This document shows, one piece after another, positions 20,499 to 29,395 of a stretch of DNA of 64,000 nucleotides. The stretch spans positions 23,401 to 87,400 of the forward strand of contig CAZODQ010000001.1 of assembly GCA_964578625.1 (NCBI GenBank), written 5' to 3'. This DNA comes from an uncultured Actinomycetota bacterium. Lineage in GTDB: Bacteria > Actinomycetota > Humimicrobiia > Humimicrobiales > Humimicrobiaceae. The notes under the pieces are model-generated. The model saw nothing but the letters and a program-made list of their open reading frames with translations. It made no database searches and had not been told where the DNA came from. How positions within the stretch are numbered: position 1 is the first letter of the stretch; every line of letters begins with the position of its first letter. A program made the translations under genes and the position numbers.

Positions 20499-22481
20499 AT
20501 GAAAGTTATATTAATAATACTTATAATTCTATTTCTAGCAATAACATCACTATACGGGATCACTATAATCAACAAAAATAAAAGTATTGACTACGAAGAC
20601 GAATATAGTCTAACAACAGAAGAAAAAAGTGAAGATAGCAAAACAACTTCTCCCGATTCAAAAGTAGAAACTATCGGTGACAATCAGGAAATTCTTAATA
20701 TTGATTTAGATAATATAGGAGCCGATGATGAAGAAAGCAATACTACAGAAGACAAACAGGAAGATTTAACCTCAGACGATGAAAAAACTCCGGAAACTCA
20801 ACAGAACGAGGGGGAGGAAGCTGAAGAAGAAGTTGAGGAAGTTGAAGAAGCCGAGGAAGAAGAATCAGAGGAAGAAGAAAAAATAGAGGATAATACCATC
20901 AGGATCTTCTTAGATGGAGATATGGAGAATGGTATATACCTGGGTGAAACAATATGTGACCAGGAATCAATAGAAGCATATGGTCTTTACGGAGAAGAAT
21001 TTAAAAATACGGGTTTTAAATTTACATGGGAAAATAATGATGTAAATTTCCTTCCAGGTTCAACCCATTATATTTATATATATTTCTATAGTACCGAATT
21101 AGGATGGGACCATATCAGAGAAGAAATAAATTTGCCGGGTGAAAAAGATTGTGAAAGGGACATAATAATCTTTATAGATAAACCACAGGAAAAAACCATT
21201 ACTGAAAGCCTTCAGTTAATTGATGGGTGGACTGTAGACTTGAGAAACGATGAAAGTCCGGGTATAAAAGAAGTAGAGATTTACTTAAACGGACCAAAGG
21301 ATTACGGCAAATCCATAGGCACAATACAGTATGGTATACCAAGATATGATGTAGTAGAATTTTTAAAAAACCAGAGCTATCTTAATAGTGGTTATCGGTT
21401 CGATGAACCAATTGATCTTGAACCCGGGTCCAAGCATACACTATTCATATATGCCTACAGTTCACAAGACAATTCATTCAATTATGAAAAAAGAGAAATT
21501 TACCTGTCAGGAATAAAAGAAGAAAAAGCAATAATTAAAGCTCAAATTAACCAGGAAAAACTCTCTCAAGATAATATCATCGAAGTTACCGGTTGGGCTA
21601 TTAATAAAAAAATTCTAGAGGATTACCTAAAAGAAAAACTAGAGCTTGAGAAGGAAACTACTGAAAGTGAAGATGGATATTCTATAAAAAAGGCAGTATT
21701 TACCTCTAATAGGGACGGTAATAAAAACATTTACAGTATAAATATTGACGGGACAGGAATCACCAGGTTGACCAGTTATTCTGGAAATGATTTTTATCCG
21801 GAGGCATCACAGGACGGACATAAAATTGCCTATGCTTCAGACATTGGAGGCGTATGGCAAATAATGGTCATGGATTGGGATGGGAAAAACAAAAAACAAA
21901 TTACCCATAATAGTTTCCGCTGTGGATATCCCAGCTGGTCTTTCGACGGCAAATATATATATTTTGAAGCTTATATTGACGGAGATTGGGAACTTTTCAG
22001 GATAAACAGCAATGGGACAGGCCAGAAAAGGCTGACCTTTGATTCTAATCACAACGACTGGCATCCAAACGGACATCCATTCAAATATAAAATTATCTAT
22101 GAATCAGGTGTTACCGGACATGAAAACATCTATGTAATGGATCATAATGGTTCAGGAATCAAAAATATATGTGATAGCGGTCCCAGAAGAAGAGTCCCAG
22201 ATGTATCAAACGATGGAAATAAAATAACTTATATGAGGTACTCCGGAGATAATAGTGAAATTTGGATTATGGATTACAGCGGACAAAACGAAACAAGGCT
22301 TACCTCTAATCCCGACTGGGATGGACATCCATCATTTTCCCCGGACGATAAATATATTATTTATGATGAGAAAAAAGGATCTAAAGAAGATTTGATTTTA
22401 ATAGATCTTGCCAGTGGAATAAAGACAAATATAACTAATTCTTCCAGTATTGATGAAGATCCAAGTTTTCTATACCGGTAG
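20499..22481 (+). CDS. Membrane-anchored surface protein: N-terminal TM, poly-Glu/Asp linker, two repeats of an ~85-aa domain, C-terminal TolB-like PD40 beta-propeller
   Basis: 660 aa. N-terminus VILIILIILFLAITSLYGI; acidic low-complexity run EEAEEEVEEVEEAEEEESEEEEK. The C-terminal ~270 aa carry repeated PD40-type blades (FTSNRDGNKNIYSINIDG, ASDIGGVWQIMVMDWDG, FDGKYIYFEA, SNDGNKITYMRYSG, SPDDKYIIYDE). Confidence 0.7.
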   Translation: MKVILIILIILFLAITSLYGITIINKNKSIDYEDEYSLTTEEKSEDSKTTSPDSKVETIGDNQEILNIDLDNIGADDEESNTTEDKQEDLTSDDEKTPETQQNEGEEAEEEVEEVEEAEEEESEEEEKIEDNTIRIFLDGDMENGIYLGETICDQESIEAYGLYGEEFKNTGFKFTWENNDVNFLPGSTHYIYIYFYSTELGWDHIREEINLPGEKDCERDIIIFIDKPQEKTITESLQLIDGWTVDLRNDESPGIKEVEIYLNGPKDYGKSIGTIQYGIPRYDVVEFLKNQSYLNSGYRFDEPIDLEPGSKHTLFIYAYSSQDNSFNYEKREIYLSGIKEEKAIIKAQINQEKLSQDNIIEVTGWAINKKILEDYLKEKLELEKETTESEDGYSIKKAVFTSNRDGNKNIYSINIDGTGITRLTSYSGNDFYPEASQDGHKIAYASDIGGVWQIMVMDWDGKNKKQITHNSFRCGYPSWSFDGKYIYFEAYIDGDWELFRINSNGTGQKRLTFDSNHNDWHPNGHPFKYKIIYESGVTGHENIYVMDHNGSGIKNICDSGPRRRVPDVSNDGNKITYMRYSGDNSEIWIMDYSGQNETRLTSNPDWDGHPSFSPDDKYIIYDEKKGSKEDLILIDLASGIKTNITNSSSIDEDPSFLYR

Positions 22482-22983
22482 TAGACGGCTTTTCCACTTG
22501 GCGTTTAGCTTCATGTTTAAACCTTTTGTATTTTACTGCAAATCTCAACCTAATAGATGAACCAATGGAAATTCCAAGCCATAAAGACCAAATAATATTA
22601 TTGGAAAAGAAATAATAAACAAGGTCTGAGACAGTTAAGTCTGTACCAAAGAACTTAACCGCTATCAGATTAACAGCACCTGTGCCGTTGAGTATTAAAG
22701 CAAGAGCTGGAATAAAACCCACTATTAGAAACACCTTGATATCAAAATAATTCCTTTTAGCTTTGGGTTTCATAGTAAGAATTATTAAAAGCCCGATCAT
22801 AAAACCAATAATAAAAACAATAAAATATCTCAGGAGACTCAAGTAACCAGCAGATATATTATAACCAGCAAAGGCATCCAATATATTATCAAAGTAGGCA
22901 AAGCCCGCATAGTAAAGAATTATGTTTATAAAACTGAATACCGTTAGAAAAACTCTCATTTTCTTCCAGCTGATAATATACAT
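22435..22983 (-). CDS. Small polytopic (about 4-TM) membrane protein of unknown family
   Basis: 182 aa. Paralog of 24939..25418 (shared MR[VI]FL..FSFIN...IIWSLWLGISIGSSIRL-type motifs). Its 3' end overlaps the 3' end of the convergent gene 20499..22481 by 47 nt. Confidence 0.5.
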   Translation of the reverse strand: MYIISWKKMRVFLTVFSFINIILYYAGFAYFDNILDAFAGYNISAGYLSLLRYFIVFIIGFMIGLLIILTMKPKAKRNYFDIKVFLIVGFIPALALILNGTGAVNLIAVKFFGTDLTVSDLVYYFFSNNIIWSLWLGISIGSSIRLRFAVKYKRFKHEAKRQVEKPSTTGIENLDLHQYWKN

Positions 22984-23158
22984 GTATAAATAAACAATTA
23001 GATGTTAGCTCAAAAATATATTAATTTCAATTAACCCTGTAATCTGTTATACTTTTAAACCTGAAAAATATATTTTATTAATTTAATAAATATAATTAAA
23101 TTACTCTTTAATTTTTTAATATTCAAATAAAACCTTTGATATTTAGATATTAATAAGA

Positions 23159-24937
23159 ATGAAAACAGTAACCATAATAACCATAATTTTATTTCTGACA
23201 GCATCAATTTTTCTTGGGATTGTAGTCTTCAAATATATTGGAACTAAAATATTTTCTGATACGGAGATTTCCGAAATAGAGCAAAATATTCCAGAACAGG
23301 ATATTCCGACAGTAGCTGAAGAAAATGAGGAGGAAGTTGAAAAGGAAGTTGAAATAGACACTGAAGATATAGCCGCAGTAGAAATATATCTCGATGGTAA
23401 CAGCGAAAACGGCATCTTTTTAGGAGAGGCATCATACGGAACTACCTCCGAAGAAGCTTCTATTATCTATGGTGAAGACTTTTCAGATTCCGGTTTTCTT
23501 CTTTCTTTAGATAATAAAGGTTATGTTTTTGAACCGGGTTCGATCCACTACCTTTATGTATACACTTCAATACCAAAATATGGGTGGGATTACATCCGTA
23601 AAAAGATTTCGATCCCAGGAGAAACAGACTACGATGATAGTATTCAATTCTCTATAGATGACCCATCACATAATACAATAATAAAAGGAGCCGATAAAGC
23701 CAATATACGTGTATCCGGCTGGTCAGTGGACCTTGATCATTTAGATTCTACCGGTATTGATAGAATAGAAGTATATTTAAACGGGCCAAGGGGCTTTGGA
23801 AAATCCGAAGGTCCTGTGGATTATGGAATTGAACGGTCGGATGTGGCCAATGCATTTCAAAACGCAAATTATACCAATTCGGGTTATTCCCTTTATTTCG
23901 ATGGGAGTCAACTTGAAGACGGGAGCGAAAATACCCTATATATTTATTACTATTCCACCTCTGGTACTTATTCTTTAGCTATGGTGGATTTTAAAATAGA
24001 AGGTGAGGAAAAAGAATCCAATGCTGTAATCTCAATAGAAGATTATGATTTTAATGATCAGATTATAGAAATAATTGGATGGGCTACAAATAAAGATTGG
24101 ATACTGGAAGGTAGACCCCCACGAAGCCTGGACGTAGAATATTCTACTAAAAAAATAGTCTTCACTTCCAATATGAATGGTAATGAAGATATATTCAGTA
24201 TGAATATAGATGGTTCTGAACTTACTCAATTAACAGATTATCCAGGAAAAGATAATTACCCTGCTGTTTCTCCAGATGGGGAAAAAATTGCATATACCTC
24301 GGACATTAACGGCACATGGCAGATCATGGTCATGAACTGGGATGGAACAGAAAAGGTACAGCTTACCCATAATCCCTGGAGAAGCGGATATCCAGCCTGG
24401 TCTTTTGATGGAAGATTTATCTACTTTGAAGCAGCCCCGGAGGGAGATTATGAAATATACAGAATAGACAGCGACGGAAGTAATATGAAACGGCTTACAT
24501 TCAATCCAAACATTGATGACTGGCATCCCTATGGTCATCCTTTCCAATATAAAGTCATTTACGAATCCGGAGCATCAAGAAACGAGGACCTTTACATAAT
24601 GGATTATGATGGTAAAAATATTAAAAGGATTTCTGATATAAATATGAGGAAAAGAGTCCCTGCAATTTCAGTTGATGGAAAATTAATTGTTTTTAGTGAT
24701 AATTCTTCTATCTATACTATGGACAGTAATGGAGAAAATATAAAAAAAATTACCGAAAACCTTGCGAATTGCAGACATCCCGATATCTCACCTGATAATA
24801 ATTATATAACTTTTGAGGGCGGTGCCGAGGGACAGGAAGATATATATATTGTTAATCTTAACGGTTCAAACCCTGTAAAGCTGACTAATTTTCCAGGGAC
24901 TGATTATGATCCCTCTTTTATGTATCAGACACCTTAA
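23159..24937 (+). CDS. Paralogous membrane-anchored TolB-like PD40 beta-propeller surface protein
   Basis: 592 aa. Same architecture as 20499..22481: TM (VTIITIILFLTASIFLGIVVF), short acidic stretch, two ~85-aa repeats (VEIYLDGNSENGIFLGE..., IEVYLNGPRGFGKSEG...), PD40 blades (FTSNMNGNEDIFSMNIDG, TSDINGTWQIMVMNWDG, FDGRFIYFEA, SPDNNYITFEG). Confidence 0.7.
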   Translation: MKTVTIITIILFLTASIFLGIVVFKYIGTKIFSDTEISEIEQNIPEQDIPTVAEENEEEVEKEVEIDTEDIAAVEIYLDGNSENGIFLGEASYGTTSEEASIIYGEDFSDSGFLLSLDNKGYVFEPGSIHYLYVYTSIPKYGWDYIRKKISIPGETDYDDSIQFSIDDPSHNTIIKGADKANIRVSGWSVDLDHLDSTGIDRIEVYLNGPRGFGKSEGPVDYGIERSDVANAFQNANYTNSGYSLYFDGSQLEDGSENTLYIYYYSTSGTYSLAMVDFKIEGEEKESNAVISIEDYDFNDQIIEIIGWATNKDWILEGRPPRSLDVEYSTKKIVFTSNMNGNEDIFSMNIDGSELTQLTDYPGKDNYPAVSPDGEKIAYTSDINGTWQIMVMNWDGTEKVQLTHNPWRSGYPAWSFDGRFIYFEAAPEGDYEIYRIDSDGSNMKRLTFNPNIDDWHPYGHPFQYKVIYESGASRNEDLYIMDYDGKNIKRISDINMRKRVPAISVDGKLIVFSDNSSIYTMDSNGENIKKITENLANCRHPDISPDNNYITFEGGAEGQEDIYIVNLNGSNPVKLTNFPGTDYDPSFMYQTP

Positions 24938-24938
24938 C

Positions 24939-25418
24939 TTACTTGGAATTTTCCTTTTCAGTTTTATCAATTGACATATGCCTGTATACTCTACCAGAAA
25001 AACTGAAGCGTACCGATGAACCTACGGCAAAACCAAACCATAATGACCAGATAGCCTGTCTTGAGAAAAGATAAAACACCATTTCGCTTAACTTTTCACT
25101 TGAGTTGAAAAATTTATTTATAATAAAACCGGTAATAGTACCCTCGGACAGTATAAGACAGATAAACGGAATAATTCCAATAATTATAAGGTTTTTAAAA
25201 CTAAAAAGACTTTTCTCTATATTTAACCGCATTATAAGCATTATACTTACACCCATACAAAATCCGACAATTAAAAGTGCTGTCAGTTTGATATAATTAG
25301 CCGCTGTCGGAGATAAATTCACTGCTCCCAATATTTCCAAAATCTTATCAAAAAAAGAATATATAAGAATATAAAAAATGGTATTAATAAAAGAAAATAT
25401 TATTAAAAAAATCCTCAC
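24939..25418 (-). CDS. Small polytopic membrane protein, paralog of 22435..22983
   Basis: 159 aa. Conserved segments with 22435..22983 (MRIFLIIFSFIN..., AIWSLWFGFAVGSSVRF). Lies 1 nt from the stop of the convergent propeller gene. Confidence 0.5.
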   Translation of the reverse strand: MRIFLIIFSFINTIFYILIYSFFDKILEILGAVNLSPTAANYIKLTALLIVGFCMGVSIMLIMRLNIEKSLFSFKNLIIIGIIPFICLILSEGTITGFIINKFFNSSEKLSEMVFYLFSRQAIWSLWFGFAVGSSVRFSFSGRVYRHMSIDKTEKENSK

Positions 25419-25488
25419 GATCTATCCTTCTCCTCTTATTTAAATACATTTGTCTTTGACATATTAATAAAAATTATATCTAAAATAA

Positions 25489-27309
25489 CTAAAGCCTCTG
25501 TCCAACACTGCCGAGATAATGAGAGACATAACTAAAAACCGTATGGGCAACAACTGAAGCTCCAGCCGGACTGTAATGCATTCCGTCAACAAGATACTCT
25601 CCCGGATTCTGTGACAGCGGAGTCATTACATCTATAACTACCACCCCATGTTTTGCAGCAATCTGTTTAATTATTTCGTTATATTTTGGATATCCTTCTT
25701 TACCAGACCGATATATAGGACCGATAAGATTAATAAATACCCTGGCACCCAGATTCTTTGCCTTAATGATCAAACCTTCAATATTGTGATCAAATCCCGA
25801 ATATCTGGGACCGACATCATTAGTTCCATAGGCAATTATGATTATATCAGGATGGTATACAGATACAGTACTATCAAATCTTTCATAGCCACCACCTGAC
25901 ATCTCGCCACCCTTTCCACTGGCAATGGTATTGTATTCTGCATATGGATAATTAGCCTCCAGGAGCCCGTCAAACGTTTGTACCCAGTTAGACATTTCTA
26001 TTAAAGAATCGCCCATCGCAACAATAGTCAGGTTAACATTTCCTTTGACATTAAGACTTTTAGACGGCAGCTCAATTTCTCCATTGCCGTCTTCAATTTT
26101 AAAATGAGTGGTAATCGTGCCCCCCGTATTGACCAGGTTATCATTTATCTTCATACTGAAAGTTATTTCTTTTTCCTCTCCCATACCCAGATCTTGTAAA
26201 TCCCATATAAGGCCCCTTATGTCATCACTCCATCTAATTCCTTCTGCAGTACCCGACCTGCTAATATAAGTAGCTTCAGCAGGTATGGGACAAATAACTC
26301 TATAATTTTCCTCTTTCTTATCACCAGTATTTCTAACCATAATTTTTACACCTATGGTTTCACCAGGCCAAAGTTCTCTGCCATTTGTATCATATATATA
26401 ATCTTCCGATGTACTTAAATCAGAAAAAAGACTTAACTCTTCCTCTACCGACTTTTCTATAACTGTTGATCCATATTTTAAAGTACCCTGATTAGTTATG
26501 AGTTCATCACCGTTTAAGTCATCTTTTACCTTGACTTCGAAGGAAAAAGTCCTGGGTTTATTTATTTCTATATTATTAACTTTCCATAATACATAATTAT
26601 CCTTATATTCACCTAACCCGGTGATAGAATTTTCAATTATATTCACATATTCCGATAGATCGCTTCTAATTTCTACATCAGAAGCATCCATATCACCGGT
26701 ATTTTCTACTGTCAGATTATATTGTATAACATCACCCAGCATAACAATGTCGCCGTTTTCATCAATAGCTTCTAATTTGAAATTATTTAGATTAGGACTG
26801 CTTTCAATCTTACTGACCAGATCCGCACCAATATCATCATTAAATGAATCTCTCCCCGCTCCGTATCTAAATTTCACTTTATCCAGTTCAATCAAAGTAC
26901 CATTGTCCAGCGGCTTATCCGCCTCCACTATGAAATTAATGCTGTCTCCTTCATTTCTTTTAACATTTCCAATTTCAAAATCCAGAGTTCTATCATCATT
27001 TGTTAAAGTACTGTTATGGTCCGATGATACAAAAAAAGTATTATCCGGTACCTCAAGTTCTATTACCAAATCCTCTATATTTCTGTTTCCTGTATTCTTA
27101 AAGTTTATTGTGTATGTTATTTCCTCACCGGGTTTTAAATATTCACCCTGATCACTGTATATAAAATTAGATTGTCTATCACCAAAAATTGGTTTGGCAA
27201 GATAAATTTTAAAATAATAAAAGACACCAAATGATATCACAATAAATATGACTATAAGATAAATCCATCTTCTATCACTTTTTATATAATTTAAAAATCT
27301 CTTAAACAT
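25489..27309 (-). CDS. Membrane-anchored protein with DUF11/CARDB-like repeats and C-terminal SGNH (GDSL) hydrolase domain
   Basis: 606 aa. N-terminal TM (WIYLIVIFIVISFGVFYYF). Repeats of the type GEEITYTINFKNTGNRNIEDLVIELEVPDNTFF and GDVIQYNLTVENTGDMDASDVEI. The C-terminal region has GDS-block (VAMGDSLIE), GTND block and a DGMHYS DxxH block of SGNH esterases. Confidence 0.65.
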   Translation of the reverse strand: MFKRFLNYIKSDRRWIYLIVIFIVISFGVFYYFKIYLAKPIFGDRQSNFIYSDQGEYLKPGEEITYTINFKNTGNRNIEDLVIELEVPDNTFFVSSDHNSTLTNDDRTLDFEIGNVKRNEGDSINFIVEADKPLDNGTLIELDKVKFRYGAGRDSFNDDIGADLVSKIESSPNLNNFKLEAIDENGDIVMLGDVIQYNLTVENTGDMDASDVEIRSDLSEYVNIIENSITGLGEYKDNYVLWKVNNIEINKPRTFSFEVKVKDDLNGDELITNQGTLKYGSTVIEKSVEEELSLFSDLSTSEDYIYDTNGRELWPGETIGVKIMVRNTGDKKEENYRVICPIPAEATYISRSGTAEGIRWSDDIRGLIWDLQDLGMGEEKEITFSMKINDNLVNTGGTITTHFKIEDGNGEIELPSKSLNVKGNVNLTIVAMGDSLIEMSNWVQTFDGLLEANYPYAEYNTIASGKGGEMSGGGYERFDSTVSVYHPDIIIIAYGTNDVGPRYSGFDHNIEGLIIKAKNLGARVFINLIGPIYRSGKEGYPKYNEIIKQIAAKHGVVVIDVMTPLSQNPGEYLVDGMHYSPAGASVVAHTVFSYVSHYLGSVGQRL

Positions 27310-27399
27310 CTATATTGTCTCAACATTTGTATTTATAAAAAAACAGCTTTATATTATATCAAAAATCTAATATCTAAATAAAGCCCTTTGCTTACAATC

Positions 27400-27780
27400 C
27401 TAATTCTTTATGTTCATTTCAATATCATCACAATCAATATAATTATCACGATAAGTTGCCCTGAACTTTATTAAAGAATTACCGGGAGTGCTGCCCTTAA
27501 GTTTCACAATTAGATTAATCTTACCGTTCCCTTTTATTACATATGAATCACTTACCCACATATATATACCATTACTCAAGCCGGGATACTGATTAATATA
27601 TCCATCAAGGCTTACTCCTTCAAATCCAATATTATCCGGGAGTTCTAATTCGAGAGAACTGATTTTAGCATCATACTCATTGGTGTTTCTTATAATATAT
27701 TCAACAGTAAATTCCTCTCCGATTTCCTTGGTATAATCGTCAACCATATATTCAATTTTGATACTCCTATCCAGATTTAA
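27400..27780. repeat. About 0.38-kb DNA-level repeat (copy 1) encoding the shared DUF11-like C-terminal domain
   Basis: Nucleotide similarity is visible between 27400-27780 and 29013-29395. For example, 27548-27600 cccacatatatataccattactcaagccgggatactgattaatatatccatcaagg matches 29166-29222 cccacatatacataccccggctcaagccaggatcctgatcaatatatccggaagg. Confidence 0.7.
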
Positions 27781-28992
27781 ATAATTAACATATTGATCGG
27801 GTGGAATATAGCTATTAAATTCTACTCTTTTTATGTTATTGAGATTAATCGTTCTCATATCTTCAATTCCGCCCCAGTATCTTACTGCACCCCTATAACC
27901 CGCTTCCGGAATTAAATGCCATTTTGAGGAAGAATTATTATCATAAGGCCATGCAAAAAATAGAACTTCATTTCCCAGGTGTGATTCTATATCCTCCTTT
28001 GATTGGGTGAGTTCATATAAAAACTCATCATCAGTAGCAAGGCCCAATCTTACATGATTTACTGTATGTGATAAAAACTCACATCCATACTCATACATCT
28101 CTTCGATTTCAGGCCATATAAGTATCGGCCTTATTACATCAGTTCTCTTATTAAAATAAGCATTTGTCTTTCTTTCAGCTTCCGTTTCCCCGATTGCTCC
28201 GGTGACCAGAAAAACAGTCATCTTATACCCATACTTTTTAAGAATGGGAAACCCATTGGTGTAAACATCCTGGAATCCATCATCAGAGGTTATGATCACC
28301 GGCCTTTCGGGCAGTGCTTTACCAAAGTCTATATAATTTAAAACATCAGTAAAGGTAATGGTTTCATATCCGTATTCTTTTAATACCTTACACAATCTAT
28401 CGAAATGGCTGGTATACAGTTCTATTGCAGCTCCAATATCATCCTCTATAGCATGTAATCCTATTATTGGAATAAAATTCCCTTCAAAATGCTTAACACC
28501 ATAAACCATTATGCCATAATCAGGACTTGTAAAAGAATCCACTTCGTCTGAAGATATTTCCAGCCTGCACCATGCCAGTATGTCTTCAGTTATCTTATCC
28601 GTTAAAGTCAGAGTGGTATTAAAAGTAATCCTCTCCCCCGCATCCAGAACATCAACATTCCAGCTGGTTTCTTTCCCGTTGGATATAAAGAAATTGTCGT
28701 AAGTAAGGTCGACTTTTACATTGTTTACCTTTATACCGCCGTTATTTAAAACAGTTACATTTACCTCTAATTTTTCACCGGGATATGTGTCACCGCCATT
28801 TATATCCACAAATTCTACAGTGGAACCGGTAAATGACGGAAATAACTCTTCGGCAATACTACTGCTATTATCCCTGCCGCTAATTCCGGCAAGTAAGGAA
28901 CAGCTGACAAGAATCACTAAAATAATTATTATAAAAACGGATAATATAAATATATTAATTCTTTTTTTAGGATTTTTCTTCAGAAACATCAT
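27400..28992 (-). CDS. Polysaccharide deacetylase (CE4/NodB) with N-terminal TM, CARDB-like domain and C-terminal DUF11-like domain
   Basis: 530 aa. CE4 motifs ITSDDGFQD (TFDDG-type) and HTVNH. The C-terminal ~120 aa (GEEFTVEYIIRNTNEYDAKISSLELELPDN...) are about 60% identical to the C-terminus of 29013..30902. Confidence 0.7.
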   Translation of the reverse strand: MMFLKKNPKKRINIFILSVFIIIILVILVSCSLLAGISGRDNSSSIAEELFPSFTGSTVEFVDINGGDTYPGEKLEVNVTVLNNGGIKVNNVKVDLTYDNFFISNGKETSWNVDVLDAGERITFNTTLTLTDKITEDILAWCRLEISSDEVDSFTSPDYGIMVYGVKHFEGNFIPIIGLHAIEDDIGAAIELYTSHFDRLCKVLKEYGYETITFTDVLNYIDFGKALPERPVIITSDDGFQDVYTNGFPILKKYGYKMTVFLVTGAIGETEAERKTNAYFNKRTDVIRPILIWPEIEEMYEYGCEFLSHTVNHVRLGLATDDEFLYELTQSKEDIESHLGNEVLFFAWPYDNNSSSKWHLIPEAGYRGAVRYWGGIEDMRTINLNNIKRVEFNSYIPPDQYVNYLNLDRSIKIEYMVDDYTKEIGEEFTVEYIIRNTNEYDAKISSLELELPDNIGFEGVSLDGYINQYPGLSNGIYMWVSDSYVIKGNGKINLIVKLKGSTPGNSLIKFRATYRDNYIDCDDIEMNIKN

Positions 28993-29012
28993 AGCTTACT
29001 CTTATTTTTAAA

Positions 29013-29395
29013 TTAATCTGTTATTTCCATTTCAATATCATCACAGTTAACATAAACCTCATTTGTAGTCAACCTAAACTTAATAGGTGACTTTCCCGGC
29101 TTGGTACCCCTAAGTTCTACAATTAAATTTATTTCATCTTCTCCCTCAATAACATATGAATCACTGACCCACATATACATACCCCGGCTCAAGCCAGGAT
29201 CCTGATCAATATATCCGGAAGGAATTGTTCCTATAAATTTAATATTATCCGGAAGCTCCAGTTCAAGCGAGCTGATTTTAATGCTTTTTTTATTCTTATT
29301 ACTGATTATATATTCAACGGTAAATTCCTCACCATATTTTCTACTGTAACTATCGCTGTAGTAATCTATTTCCACATTCACGACAGTTTCATTGA
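29013..29395. repeat. About 0.38-kb DNA-level repeat (copy 2) encoding the shared DUF11-like C-terminal domain
   Basis: See copy 1. The encoded peptides share GEEFTVEYII.N.N...KISSLELELPDNI.F....GYI.Q.PGLS.G.YMWVSDSYVI.G...INLIV.L.G..PG.S.IKFR.....Y..CDDIEM.I. Confidence 0.7.

Noticed and set aside
20800-20885. GAA/GAG-rich DNA that looks like a tandem repeat or microsatellite
   Set aside because: It is the in-frame coding sequence for a poly-Glu linker within 20499..22481, not a non-coding repeat array. Slippage-prone, but no evidence of phase variation from a single sequence.
23143-23435. Minus-strand ORFs of 90 and 63 aa overlapping the start of the second propeller gene
   Set aside because: Low-complexity Ser/Ile-rich antisense translation of the acidic linker region. 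The + strand gene has a clear domain architecture.
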